Positions 1 to 12,770 of a stretch of DNA of 64,000 nt are shown here, piece by piece. The position numbers were made by a program, and so were the translations under genes. This stretch comes from Marsupella aquatica. Lineage: Eukaryota > Plantae > Marchantiophyta. The stretch lies in the NCBI GenBank assembly GCA_973895155.1, contig OZ316893.1, positions 11,920,359-11,984,358 on the forward strand, given 5' to 3'. Position 1 is the first letter of the stretch, and each line of letters begins with the position of its first letter. A model generated the notes under the pieces. It searched no databases. It was not told the origin of the DNA and saw only the letters and a list, made by a program, of their open reading frames with translations.

Positions 1-3000
1 GCAAGAACAAGAGAATAGATCAACTACAACCCCGCTAGGAGATAAATCTAGGGATATTTCGTTTCAAGAATTGAGGACTTCTGGATCTGAGTAATGAAAA
101 GTAGTTATTGTTTGTGACATTACCATTGAAAAACATGGATAACTTGAAAATTTACAAATTTTCAAAATGCCTTTACCACTTATTCATGAATTCATGGTTA
201 AAGTTTCTTGAGAAATTTGTAGTTTAATATTATCTTAGTGGGTTGTGTTTCAATTCAATTAGATGGTGTCATTTCTATTCTCCTTGTCTTCTTTTCACAA
301 TAATGTGTATCAGGTTAAGTTGTAGTAATTTATTTTCTGGTTTTTAAATGACAATGGCTTTTGGAGGTGATTTAGTTGTTGTTTCAAAAGACACCTCGTG
401 TAATTGTGAGACCATTGTAGATAATAGTGTTGTATTTGAGATCATTTATTGGTGGAATGTAACTTCAGATGAATTTGGTCATTTTTAGGTGTCAAAACAT
501 AGCTAGTTTATGTCATATTTTGTTCGCTCCATATTTTTGCTCTAAAATAGGTGCTAATTTTTGCACTTTTTTTGACTTTTTCGTTGTTTTTCTGATTTTT
601 TGGCTAGAGTTCCTAAAGTATGGGCTTGTTACTCATCATTTAAGGCTTCTTGTTCACTTTGGAGACATGTTTTTGTGTTTACTTAAGGCATGATGCACCT
701 TTGGAGTGATTTGCCAAAAGTGTCACCATGCATGCATACCATCACATTCGAAGGCAAATAAAAGTCATTTTTTGGTTCTCCAAGAGGTAGTGCTGCACCA
801 ATGGAATGGGCAGGGGAGTTGTGCTTCTCAGTATGGTGTGGGTGCGGGTTTAGGGAAGAGGAATATTCCAACCTTGCAAGGAATCTAAAGTTGGCTCTCT
901 TTGGAGGTACTAGGGCATGGTTGTGGTGCTTCCTTGTATGGTGTGTGTGAGTGGGTTTAGGGGTTTGCAAGGAATTTAGAGCTGGATCTCTTTTGAGGTC
1001 TAAGGACTTCATTGTGTCATTTGTGAACAATGGAGTGTCATAAATGCCAATTACTACAAATAGGGTCATTGAAACGGTCATTATATAGAATAGGTCAAAT
1101 GAGTGGACTTGTGGTCATTACATTGGTCCCTTGTGGAGTCATTTAGGAGAAGCTCAAATGATCAGTTTTGGGCTAGGGGCTAGAGGTGGGCCCTAGAGTG
1201 CCATGTGGCACTACATAGCGTTGGGAACCTATTTAGTGGGTGCAGGACACTCTACATACTATTCTTCATCCACTACTTGTGGCATAAACACTTTGGGATA
1301 TGGGGATTCTATTTCTAAACCCTAAACTTTTGCTTCATTGGGCCATTTGTGAACAACTCTAGGTCATAAATGCCAAATAATGACCTCCTAGAATGTGATT
1401 GTGATTATGATATGGGAGTACCAAATCACCCAAAATGGGGTCATTAGAGGATTCCCTCATGATGTCATTGAGGAAAGAGGTTATAATGACCAAACTGGGG
1501 CTAGGAGTAGAGGTGGGCCCTAGGGGATAACAAGGTTGTTGCAGGACAACAATGGAAAGGGTCTCTTTCTTCATTTCATTTGGGTTGATTGGTAATGGCT
1601 TATAAAATGTTTATGGCCCCTCCACACATATAGTTGTCGTATGGTGGAGTAAGCCTAAGTAACCTTATATGTTAGGGGTTCCAAACTTTTGTGTTACCCA
1701 ACAACTAGTCCCAAGTCATGGTACTCATCAAAAGGAGTATGGGACAAGAAACTTATCAACCGTTTGTACCACTACTTGCAGCACATGACTTCATTTTGGA
1801 GCCAATCATGCTTTTGACTGTCATAAGTGTCAATGACATGTATCTAAGTCATATCCACCAAATGACTTAGATACATGTCATTGGCACTTTAAGTCATATC
1901 CACCAAATGACACCAACAAGAGTCATTAGATACATGTGTTGGTGTCATTGAGGATCAGACACCAACAAAATAGGGCCTTAAATAGTATCATACAATTCTA
2001 CTATATACACTTTGTTTACAAGTACCCCAAATCCAAAAAATGCTAGAGAATAAAAATTTCCAGTCTCCCCAAATAGTTAGCGTTGGCGAGGAAAGCCATG
2101 ATTAAAACTACTAATTCAAAAATTTTGCCACCAACTAGCTCGATCATGCCCCACCCACCGACAAGGTTATTACTTGGCTTAGGACATGTTCATGAGCGCA
2201 ATACATGCCTATACATGGGATGGCTATCCTGGAGCCAAATTCCTGCCCAGCTAGGTTCCCTGGCCTAGCACATTGTTGTGGCTAGCTACTTTTAGCTGTA
2301 TGCTTGTGTTAACCAATATCAACTTATCTTATTCACTTTCAGAGCCCCTCCAGCAGGTACATGTACAGATGTCAAGGACATGGCTTATGGATCTCAGAAC
2401 GAGGTAAAACTGTTGATTTATACCTCCTTTACACCATGTTTACACCTTGTGTACAGGGTCTGTAAGTCACGACGTGCACCCTTATATATCAGGTTTGGAA
2501 TCAACCCTTACAGTCACTTCAAAGGTCATCCAAACTGACTCAGGTGTCAAGCTGACCTGCAAGCTGGGTTCTAAAACCAAGGTTTACACTAGTTTATTGT
2601 CTCTTTACAGGTCCATAAGGAGAGTCGGACAGTGTAAAACGTATATTGTTACTTCCCTTTGTATTTTCAAAATCTCCACTCGCAAGAAATGCCGCGCTCA
2701 AGGCTTTGGTGCTTCCAGACCTTCTAGCTCTCTCGCTATGGATCGAGCTTCATGCAACTGCGTCCTATTGTCCTTCGCGGCTTCTTGATTCAAACGACAA
2801 ATTTTAGGGTGGGTTTGATTCTAATCAACTAGCTGTAGTTGCAACTGCCAGTGTCCGCCGACTGAGCCCTTATCGCTAGTTTGCAATTGCATTGAACTTT
2901 CCCTTGTGTTTTCTCTAGACAGCCCCTGCCATCCACTTTGATTTTTCCCGTACATCTTCTCTCCGATAATATATACTCCACTTGAAGAGGGGAGAAAATT

Positions 3001-3179
3001 TTGATATTCAATGTATATCATGCTTTGGATCAAATAGCAGCATCGATGATTCCTCGATCCTCGAAATGATCACCCAATGTTTGTCAATGTTTGGTCACAT
3101 TCGGCCGGTGGCAATCGACATGTCAGTAGATTTTGGGATCCCTCGCTGTATTATTAATGATCTGAAGGAGGAGACTCGA

Positions 3180-5260
3180 TCCTAAATGCCAAGATCTTTG
3201 GGATGTTTTTGCTGGCCGACAAAGAGCGTCACATCGTAAATGCTGTTGTATTTCCCTTCTGCAATACAGTCTTTTTCAAGTCTTTCTTCTCTGAGGCAGT
3301 CATCTTTTAATGCCCTTCATTGTAGGCACAATGTTGTGATTATCATGAACGCAATATGTGGTGGATCACAGTAGCCTCTCAGACTTTACCCTCGCAAGTG
3401 GTCCTTTTTTATCTGCGCTTGAATGGTTTGTTTTATGAACATATCGCAATGAATGAGCTGCCAAATTTCCGTCCACAGGCGCTTTAGGGTGAGATAGGCC
3501 ATTTAATTTAGATCAGTAATAGCTTCTACGGCATTTGAGAAATCAAATCTTACCGTCTTCTGTTGGTTATGTTGTAGATATTGAATGTCGGAGAGGGACT
3601 GATGGCTTGTGGGGTCGCCTCCAGCTTGCAAGACGGGGTAGCACTGGCTAGCAAAGTTCAGCATTATGGGATAGCCAATAATTTGCTGGATGCGTGGATT
3701 TCAGTTTTAGCTGTCACTTAATTCCCTTCAAATTAGTCGATCATATAGAGGGTACGTATTGACAATGGCTGTTTCCTAATACATGAATGATGTAATGCTA
3801 GAGTATTCATGGATCATTAAAAAAATCAGGAGTAAGTTTTCCGGGTTAGTTTGTACCTTCAAAATCTTTTGATTAAGGATTTGTACGCTCAGAATCTGAT
3901 GTTCACTGCTAGAGAATTAATGAACTTCAGCCAATCTGAAGTGTTGGAAATCTTAAACTGATCGGCAGGAGCTTGCAAGTCCAAGATCACAATTTTGTTT
4001 TATCTTATTATTTTGAGTAGGTAGCAAATGTCCTTAATTTGACAATCTTGTCGTCATGCACAGAAATTGTATCGGGGGGAGTTGATTCAGTCAATGATGT
4101 GAGGGTTCTGAATGATTCGAGGCAAGAATCCTCAGCTTCTCAATGCAAAACGTGATCTGGAAGAACTCTCCTGGAGCTAGGGATAGGCATCGAATCTATC
4201 ACAGAACACGAGCGGAGCAAATACATATGGGCTGAAATGAGATTCAGGGTTGCAATTCAGCATTTTGGCAAATTTCAAGTTAATTATCTTTAGCATTGGG
4301 ACCAACGATTATAAACAAAAATAATAATAAGGCTGTAGTTTGCAAGTAGCTACAATCTTGAGCTGCAAGACAGCGAATTGAGGAATTTGTTTAACTTTTT
4401 CTTGCAACGGAATACAGGGCTTTTGGCATGCAATAGCAAAGTATGTCCTAGTGCACAATGGTGCGCCCTAGGATACAGTCCTGGAGTGATTTAGGCTAGC
4501 GGGAGGGCTAGGGCAGAAAAATGTGAAATTCCCACTTACTTTAAGGCCAGCCGAAAGCCTCTCTGATGGGCTTGTTACTTTCATGTCTGTAAGAAAATTG
4601 GTGTCATTAATAGATGCTTCAAAAAGGGAAGTACAAATGAATAGTTGTCACATAAAAAAAATTATCTCACAAAAGCAGTTGCTCCTGTATCACTATTTGA
4701 TTGCCACATGCACCGGCTTGATCTGTTCAATTCAACGTGTCAGTCTGTGGCAAGATCAATTTGGTGCATGTGTGAGTTTTGTACATAGGTGGACAAGCTC
4801 TTTTTGCTGTGAACTCGACCCCAAATGCCAAGATTCCGCAATGTTCTTGCTGGAGAAGAGGATCATGCCGCAAATGCCTTTGGTATGTACCTTCTCAAAG
4901 CCATTTTGGGGTTCTTCTCCTGGATTACAATCATTGTTGAATGCCCTTTATTGTAGACACTGTTATAATCATCATGAACTGAGGATTTGGTGGATCAGAG
5001 TAGCTTTCCGTTCTTTACCCTTTTCTAAACTTTAATGATTTGTAAACATATCTTGACCAATCAACTGACTCCTTTCCCTTTGCGGGCGCTTTTGTAGTAT
5101 CCGAATTATAGAATGACGTTATAGTAGGTAATATAGAAGTATGAATTTTGAAATATTATCAATATTTCTATGGCATTTGAGAAACATACCGTTTTGTTGG
5201 TTATGTTGTAGATATTAAATCATGCTGGAGCGGGATTGATGGCTTGGGGTACGGTTTGTG
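3180..5260 (+). repeat. Degenerate internal duplication (about 3180-3620 vs about 4820-5260)
   Basis: Shared blocks such as TCTA(C/T)GGCATTTGAGAAA...TGTTGGTTATGTTGTAGATATT...GATGGCTTG at about 3525-3610 and about 5167-5248. Confidence 0.7.
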
Positions 5261-6019
5261 GGGTTTCTTTCATTAGTCATGTGCAGTGTATCACCACTAT
5301 TTCATGATTCACTTATAATGTGAGTCTAAAGTTTTTGGGCATTCAAGGAGAAAAATAAGCAGCAAGTTGTAGCTTCAAAATCTGCTGATTGAAGGATGTG
5401 CACAGTAAAATTGTACCCAGTGGCAGCTCTCAAAACTCTTGGGACAAAGCTTTAAATGTCGTGTCTATTTGCTCCATAAGATCTCATCTGATGGGCTCTC
5501 TCTCTGCTGGCCACTAATATTGTAGAGACATCTCTCTATATCCCAGGGATCCAATTTGTGATAGATTCACTGTTTGTGACAGTGCCAGAAATCAAGCGAT
5601 GTAGTAAGCCAATGTAGTCTTGCAGCTAAAAGCTCTTGGAACTGACAATGTTCTTAGTTTTGACTTCGTGGATAAGCCCTCAAGGTGAACTCCAGGGCAG
5701 CCATGGTAAAGTTTTTGGAGCATCTCTACAGCCTAGGGGCACTTACGATGAAGAGAAGCTATCAGATTCTTTGGGAATTCAAATGGCACGGTTTACATTG
5801 AAATTTTTGCTCTATATATTGTAGTTGTCGGGGACTGTGGATTGAAATTGAATAGCTAGGTAGCTAGTGTGAGGGCACTGCCTGAGCATCTACTCAATAA
5901 TTGGGATGGTAACCGTGAGTTCACTAAATTCTGTTGATTTTATTTTTTCATCATTCTCTATCTTTAGTTCATGTTATTCCTCCTGGATGGCTAAGGTTTG
6001 ATTTGAGTATATTAACCAA

Positions 6020-7070
6020 CTTCATCTTTGACTGTTGCATGGTGCTTTGCCTATAAAGACAGGAAGGACACAACTTTTTATGTGAAATTCTGACAAGGAC
6101 TCATAAGTACTTGCATACGCTTTGTGTTTAATATTTTTCTTTGTACTTGCTAGCAGTGCTATATTTTAAGTGAATGTGTCAAAGGGCATGAGGCTACAAG
6201 GTAGCACTGGTAGCTGTGCCACCTAGAAAAGGTGCTTTCCCTTCTCCAATCTAGTGACCTAGCTTTAGGTCTGACTGAGGTTTTGTACAAAATTGATGTG
6301 GCAAACTATTGCATTCCTGCTTTTATTAATCAACAAGTAGAAAGGCCCAGAGTTCAATAAGAAGAAATAGCTTTCACCCTACCAGTCTCGTCTTCAAGTA
6401 TATATGACATGCTTCGGTGGAATGAGATTTATCTGACTTCTGTCATACAGATAATTGAATATTAGACCATGGTCGATGATTGGTATATATGCACCGTCAA
6501 AACTCTCGTTTGACATTGTGGGTGGGTAGTGTTGGGTACACCAGGAATCGGGGAATAAAGCCAGGAGAAGAAACAGGGATGGATGAAACCTTTGCTAGTT
6601 GCTGGAATCAATCGTGTCTTCAAGTAAGTTTTCCTGCTTGTGGTATTTTCACAGTCATGTTTTAATTGTGGCAGGATTGGTCCAATGAATATGTCCAAAC
6701 TGCAGTACTAAAATTTATGTTGCAGATAGTGACTGTCAAAGGATCTTGCAGAGCTGATAATATATTGCAAGGACTCTAACAAGGACACATTTCCGTGTAG
6801 TTCCCAGTATCATGAAGCTATCAACTATCACGTATTATTTATTACTAACAGACTTCATCGTTGACTGTTGGAAGGACACAACTTTTTATGTGAAATTCTG
6901 ACAGGGATACATGTTTTGATAAGCTTTGTTTTAAATTGCTATTTTTTACTAACTTGTTGGCATGCAATGGTATATTTAAAGTGAATGTGTCAATGTACTT
7001 GCAGGAACGAGGTACCATTGGTCCCTGTGCTACCCTGGAAAAATGTGTATTGATTCCCTTCTCCAAATTT
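6020..7070 (+). repeat. Degenerate internal duplication (about 6020-6260 vs about 6850-7070)
   Basis: GGAAGGACACAACTTTTTATGTGAAATTCTGACA and AAGTGAATGTGTCAA...CCCTTCTCCAA are each present twice. Confidence 0.7.
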
Positions 7071-8836
7071 ATTTATGGGCCCTGGTCCCTTTGCTGGGTG
7101 CACTTCTGATTGGTAATAGATCCTCTCTATGACTAGTACCTGGACGGAAGTGATTAAGTTGCCGGTACTCTGTTCCTGTATGTTCAACTTTGGTGACAAG
7201 AGGCTATTTTTGAGAGCCCTTCTGCACTTCTCAGTTATCTGGCATCTTTATTTAGAATTTCAATGTTGGCTGTGCTCTCCCCAAAGATGCTTCGACCTGA
7301 AGATTGGAACGATATGTCATCTCATGATGGGAATAACAATATTCTACTTGTTAACGTGGCTAGTTCTTGATGACAATAAGGCTTACCAATGCGTCGTTGG
7401 GATGAGCTCTACTCTGGAATTGACATTTTTGTTACCGCTAGGGTAGGATGGAGTTGGAGAATGCTGACAATGGAGAGCTGCAGAAGTTTTGCAATCTACA
7501 AGGGGCGTCAAAGACTGGTCGGTAGGTAATTCTTAGATCAATATGTAACAAGTACCTACCTCTCAAATGATGCCCACAGTACACAATCAATGGATTTTTG
7601 GTTCACTGCATTGTGGAATTCTAGATGGGCCAAGAAATAGTGTATGTAGGCTTGATAGATGTAGGTTTTGTAGGTTTTGTAGAATGAGTGACAACTTTGT
7701 TTTTCTGTAGACATTAAAAGTTGTTATGTATTTCAAATTGTAACATTCAATCCATCTGATAATACTATTTGTATGTTTTTCTTCAATGACATTTTGTTTC
7801 ATAAATTTGTATTGAGTTGAATAACTATTGCTTGACTTAAATGCATGTACCTTGGATGAAGAGAATGTCTATTATTAGTAATGTCATTTTGTAACTTTTA
7901 TTCAGCAAATCTATTGGATGAGTGTCCTGCATGACTCTTGAATGACACAAACAATGACATAATGAATGGTCACTTCATACACATTTGTTTGTGTCCAGTA
8001 TGACCACTTAAATTTGCTTAACTCAAGTCATTTAAAATATGACCTGAATGACCCACAAAATGACATATAAAATGACTTATTTCATGGTCATTATGAACAT
8101 CTGTATTTATGTCCAATATGACTCGTCTCAAGTCATTCAAGACATATATGTATTTCCATGTGTCTACTCTCAATTCAGCCACGTGCCCCCATATGACTTG
8201 TCTCTAAGTAAGTCATTTTGGACAAGTCCAAAATGACCCAAACCTATTGTCCCATGGTGAATACCATTTTGAGCCATGTGTCACTACTTGATTTGTTACA
8301 TACTATGCGTCATTTTGGACTTGTCCAAAATGACAATTGACCTATTTTCTTTAACTGTCACATGGCATTGTATAATTGGGTACGGAGACTATTGACGGTG
8401 AAAGATGATTGACCGTCGATGGTGATTTTTTTGGTCATTTCAGACCGTTCACCATTTATGACCAAATCGTAAGTTAAGTCATTTCGGATGACATGAAATG
8501 ACCACACATTTTTTGCGTCATTTGTCCGAAAAGACCGTGACGCAAATATCCAATGCAACGCGTCTGGAAAGACGGAAATGGATGCGTCATTGTTTTGATA
8601 AAAAGACTATGTGGGTAGTCATTGTTGCGGTCATAAACAACCATGTTTTCTACTAGTGGAGCCTCTAAGAAAACGACGCCACGGGAGGAGGTCGACAACA
8701 CCGGCAACACGAGAACGGAAGCTCGCATTCCCCTATCAAGGAGCCAGAGGTAGTAACATATGATGTAGTGAGAAATCCGTTGCGCCGGCCTACTCGTAAT
8801 AATCCATATGTAGGCATCCAATTGGTCGAGAGGAAG

Positions 8837-11117
8837 ATGACTGCCGAAGAGAGAAAGAAATATGACGAGCGAATGGATTCGGAAACAGATGAGGAGGTAA
8901 GCCGAAGCCAGGAGAGGCCGGTATTAAGAGCTTCTAATAGAGCCCAAGTGGAGGGACCTGTGGAGGAAAGTCAACCAGCAGCAGCCCAACAATATTCGGA
9001 GGAAGAGATCGAGGGCTTTGGAGGAGAGGCCGGCATGCTAGGTAGTCAGGTTAATGTGGATGATTACGATGACGACTATGTCGATCACGGGGAGAGGCCG
9101 GTACCAGGAGTTAGAACGATGGGAAGGTTTTGTAGAAGACTTCCTGCAGTCTTCTATGGCAAGCCGAAGGACCAGAAAACACCAGAATCTCCTCCACCAG
9201 ATGTGACGCCATTGGAATTTGACAAGATGAAGGAAGCTGAAGCCGGGCTACAAGAGAGGATTAAGGAGTGGGGGGCCCGAAATGCAGAACAGGAATGCCA
9301 GCTACCAGGAGGAGAGTGGTCGGAAGAAATAAGACGGCTTAGTGAGAGGCAGGCCGAACCTCTCACTGACTTCGATCAATTACGGGCAGAAGCCTGGGAG
9401 AAACGACCTTGTTGGCAGATACTAGTATCACCTGGCAGGTCAAAATATGCCAGGGATCGGGCTAGGGAGTATGGAGACATGTGTGGACTGCTCGCCTTAG
9501 AAATCTTCGGCACTGAGTTAGAATCCGGACCATTTCTTAGAAAGGAAATGGCTGACCAAACAAGGTTGGAGGAGGCAATGACGTTGGAGCGGTTAAAGAA
9601 AGAGGAGGTAATCGCTCGGCTTCGCTCCATGGAAGCCGAAGTTGCTAAGACGAAGTCTGGTCAACCAACTCAGCAGGATCTCTTGGCTAAGCAACAGGAA
9701 TTGGAAGTGGCCAACAACCAATTGGAAAACTACCAATTGGATAATCAGCAGATCAAGGAAAATTTGACGAAGGTAGAGCTAGAGTTAGCCGATTCAAAAG
9801 CAGAAGTACAGGGTCTAAATCGCCAAGTCGAGAGGCTCAGAAAGATGGCTAAGGATCAGGCCACCCAGAGCGAGAAGGCCTTGGCAGAAGCCCAAAGGAA
9901 GTATGACAAGTTACTCGACCGGTTGGAGGCCATGTGTGAGAAGCATGAGGACGCCGTTTGCCTAAGCCGAGTCCAACAGATACGCAAAGAGCTTCAGGAG
10001 GAGCTAACCAGGACAAAGCAGGCATGGACGAACGAGGTCACACAACTGGAAGGCATCAACGATTCCCAGAGAGCCGCTTTGGATAAGCAGGAGTTTGAGA
10101 TTGTGCAGATCTTAAATGAGGAGCTGAAGATGGCCAGGTCCGAGATACAATGGCTTAACGATGAAGTTGAAGATGTATCTCAGGAATTGGAGGAGGCCAG
10201 GGATAAGATGCTCGGGTTGCAGAAGCGTGCCAACAATCAAACGGAGAAATTGAAGAAGTATGCCAAAGCGGGATATGGGTCACCAACTGAAAGGCTTCCC
10301 GTCAGTAGTATGGTAGGCGGAAATATAGTGAAGCCGAAGCCGAAGCCGAGCTCACTGTTGTCAAGCGTGACTGGGGGCAAAGCCATGCAGTTGGTGGCAG
10401 ATTTGGCAAAGATGTTCATGGGGCCAGGCGATAATAAAGTGAAGCCCCTTAAAGCCACTCCGGAGGAAGTCGAGAGCATGGCCGCTCACATTTGTGGTAC
10501 TGTGGCCCTGAAGGCAGCTATGGTAGAGGTAAGTACTGTGGATCAACTTGGAGCTGCGGTAACAGGTTTAGACGATGGTATTGCTTCTCTCGGGGGTCTC
10601 ACTACATGGGGACCTCCCCATCACCTGCGACGTTTTTAGGCCTTGGACCCCCTAAAATGTAAGAATTTTTTTTATTTTTTAACCCCTATAAAGTTGGAAT
10701 ATTCTTGGAATATTCCAAAAATTGGATTAAAAAGGCCCTAATGTTCTTATAAGTCTCAAAATTGAATTTAAAAGACCCTATTGTTCTTCTACAAAAATTC
10801 TGAAGTCTTCCCTTACAACCAATAAAATGACCCTATCCTTCGTCGCACGTGATATGCCATTTTTGTGGAAGTGAAACCCCCGAGTTGCTTCTATGGACGC
10901 CCAAAATGTGAAGCCGTGGGTTATCGAGACCGAGCGCATCGGGGAGCAGGCTTGGATTGAGGAAGTTAAGGCAAAAGCTCTCCAGGCCGTTGCCGAGGAG
11001 GATGAAGCCGATGCCGAACCCAAACCCAAAGTCGAGGAAGCCGAAGGGGTCAAGCCGGAGCCGATGGCAGGAGAAGGTGCAGAGTCGGAAGATTCAGACT
11101 TACCCCCGGTCATCTGA
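8837..11117 (+). pseudogene. Long coiled-coil protein ORF (about 658 aa when restored), interrupted by a MITE; probably transposon/retroelement-associated
   Basis: Intronless ORF with first ATG at 8837, acidic N-terminus and a long heptad-rich E/K/Q/L region. Removing 10589-10892 (MITE plus one TSD copy) joins ...GIAS to MDAQNVKPW... in frame, ending at the stop at 11117. Family not recognised. Confidence 0.6.
10589..10884. mobile_element. 296-bp MITE, TIR CTCGGGGGT(C/T)TCACT, 8-bp TSD TTGCTTCT
   Basis: TTGCTTCT at 10581-10588 and 10885-10892. Termini CTCGGGGGTCTCACT / AGTGAAACCCCCGAG. AT-rich core. Confidence 0.92.
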
Positions 11118-12369
11118 CAATTAAGGAGAGCCAGTCATCGGTTGGAAGGAGGACATGGCAGCAGGAGAAGGGCTTGGGCCAGAAGGGCGCGGCCGTTTAG
11201 GATGGGACAGGGCAAGTAGCGCCCTGTCGGCTTAGGTAGTATTAGATGCTCGGTTCACACAGGGTTCCGGGCTAGTCAAGTTTTGTAGGTGATAGTTTTT
11301 TAGTAGGGTTATCGCGGTGGAAGGCCGTGAGTTGTGGTTAGGATTTCCGCCTTTTCCCCTGAATGCGCTGCAAGGATAAAAACCTGGGCAGTGTGGCTTG
11401 GGGGCTTTTTCTTAGTCAAGGCTTTAGTGTAAATCTGTATTGTTGTGAGCATAGGAAGCTCTCGGCTAAATCTAGACCGCAGGGTATCAGTAAACCACCA
11501 GTTCCCTTGGATTTCTGAGCAATTGTTTGAATTGAGTTGGCCTCGTTGCATAGTTTGCAGATTCTTGCCATCCAAGAAGTTGAGTGTTATAATATCTGTT
11601 GCTTGATCAATTTAAGTCAGATAGGGTGAACTGTTGAGCAAAATACAATCGCATTGTCTTGATTGGAGACTGCCCAATCAAACTCTAAGAGAAAAGTGAG
11701 GATTGAGAGTGTTTAGTCGGTGAAATGTGGGTTGAGTCAGTCTAAAAAAGACCTTCGGCCGGCTTAAGAAATTAAGCCATAGAGGTACATTCCGGGGGCG
11801 AAATACAAATATACCTGAAGAAGTTAAGAGGAATTAGGTGTCTCAGTTGTGCACAATTCACAAGCCCAGTGAAAGAATCGGTCCGGTAAGTGTGGATCGA
11901 AGGAGAGGATCGCGTTTCCAAACCAAATAGCTGCCATACGGCAAGAGGACAGACATAAACGAGTGGTTTATGATCGACTGAGGATAGTTCTTGGGGTTAG
12001 AGGTCTTGGAAAATGTGCCACAATGGGTGATGAACTACTCCCAGGGATCCCTACTTAGATTACCTTGCATGAAATTAGTTCAAGGTTGCAGTGAAAAGCT
12101 TTTTCCTTGACTGGCGAGAAACAATACTAACTCATTGTTTCTCTGATGGCAGATTTTGCTCTTGGTCAGCAAAGACACGTCTTGCGCACAATCCTTAGTG
12201 AGCACAATCCTAAGAATAGCAAAACCTAACATTCCACCAAATACCTAAAATTCTTTCAGGTGGACCAAACTACTAACCAAAATGAATAGGAAACTACCAA
12301 CAAAAATGAATAGGCCAGGAAGTGTGTCCCACCTATAGGAACACCAACATCCAGACCAAGCAACATTCA

Positions 12370-12770
12370 AGTTGGGGTCACACTATTTAAGGACATCCAC
12401 AAAATTGGTGGACAGTTTTGATAGAGAAATTTGGAAGCCCTGGTCAAATTGTTGTTGATCACACGGATCCATAGACGGGCCATAGACATCTAAGCCATGG
12501 TCCACAAATGTCTTACCATAACCTTCATGATATATTTTTCTAGAAAATACTTAGGCAAATTGAATGAACATCCGAGCTAGGCTCACACTAACCATATATC
12601 CACAAAATCGATGGAGCTAGAGTTTTGATCGATAGGAACTTTCAAAGCCATGTTCAAATTGATCCTGGCCACAAGGATCACCAGGCATCTAAACCATGGT
12701 CAACAAATATCTTGCCATAACCTTCATGATTTTGCTAGAGAATGAACAAATTGAATGAATATATAAGACT
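12370..12770 (+). repeat. Two-copy direct repeat, about 200 bp
   Basis: ATCCACAAAAT...CATCTAA(G/A)CCATGGTC(C/A)ACAAAT(G/A)TCTT(A/G)CCATAACCTTCATGAT...CAAATTGAATGAA occurs twice. Confidence 0.7.

Larger units (their letters stand above)
1..8658 (+). mobile_element. 3' part of a CACTA (En/Spm) element; left boundary not resolved and may lie outside the window
   Basis: Ends in TTTTCTACTAGTG at 8646-8658, the reverse complement of CACTAGTAGAAAA, a typical CACTA TIR. It is preceded by dense ATGAC/GTCAT sub-terminal repeats (about 7900-8640), and similar repeats occur at 1-2000. No intact transposase was seen, so the internal extent is inference. Confidence 0.55.
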
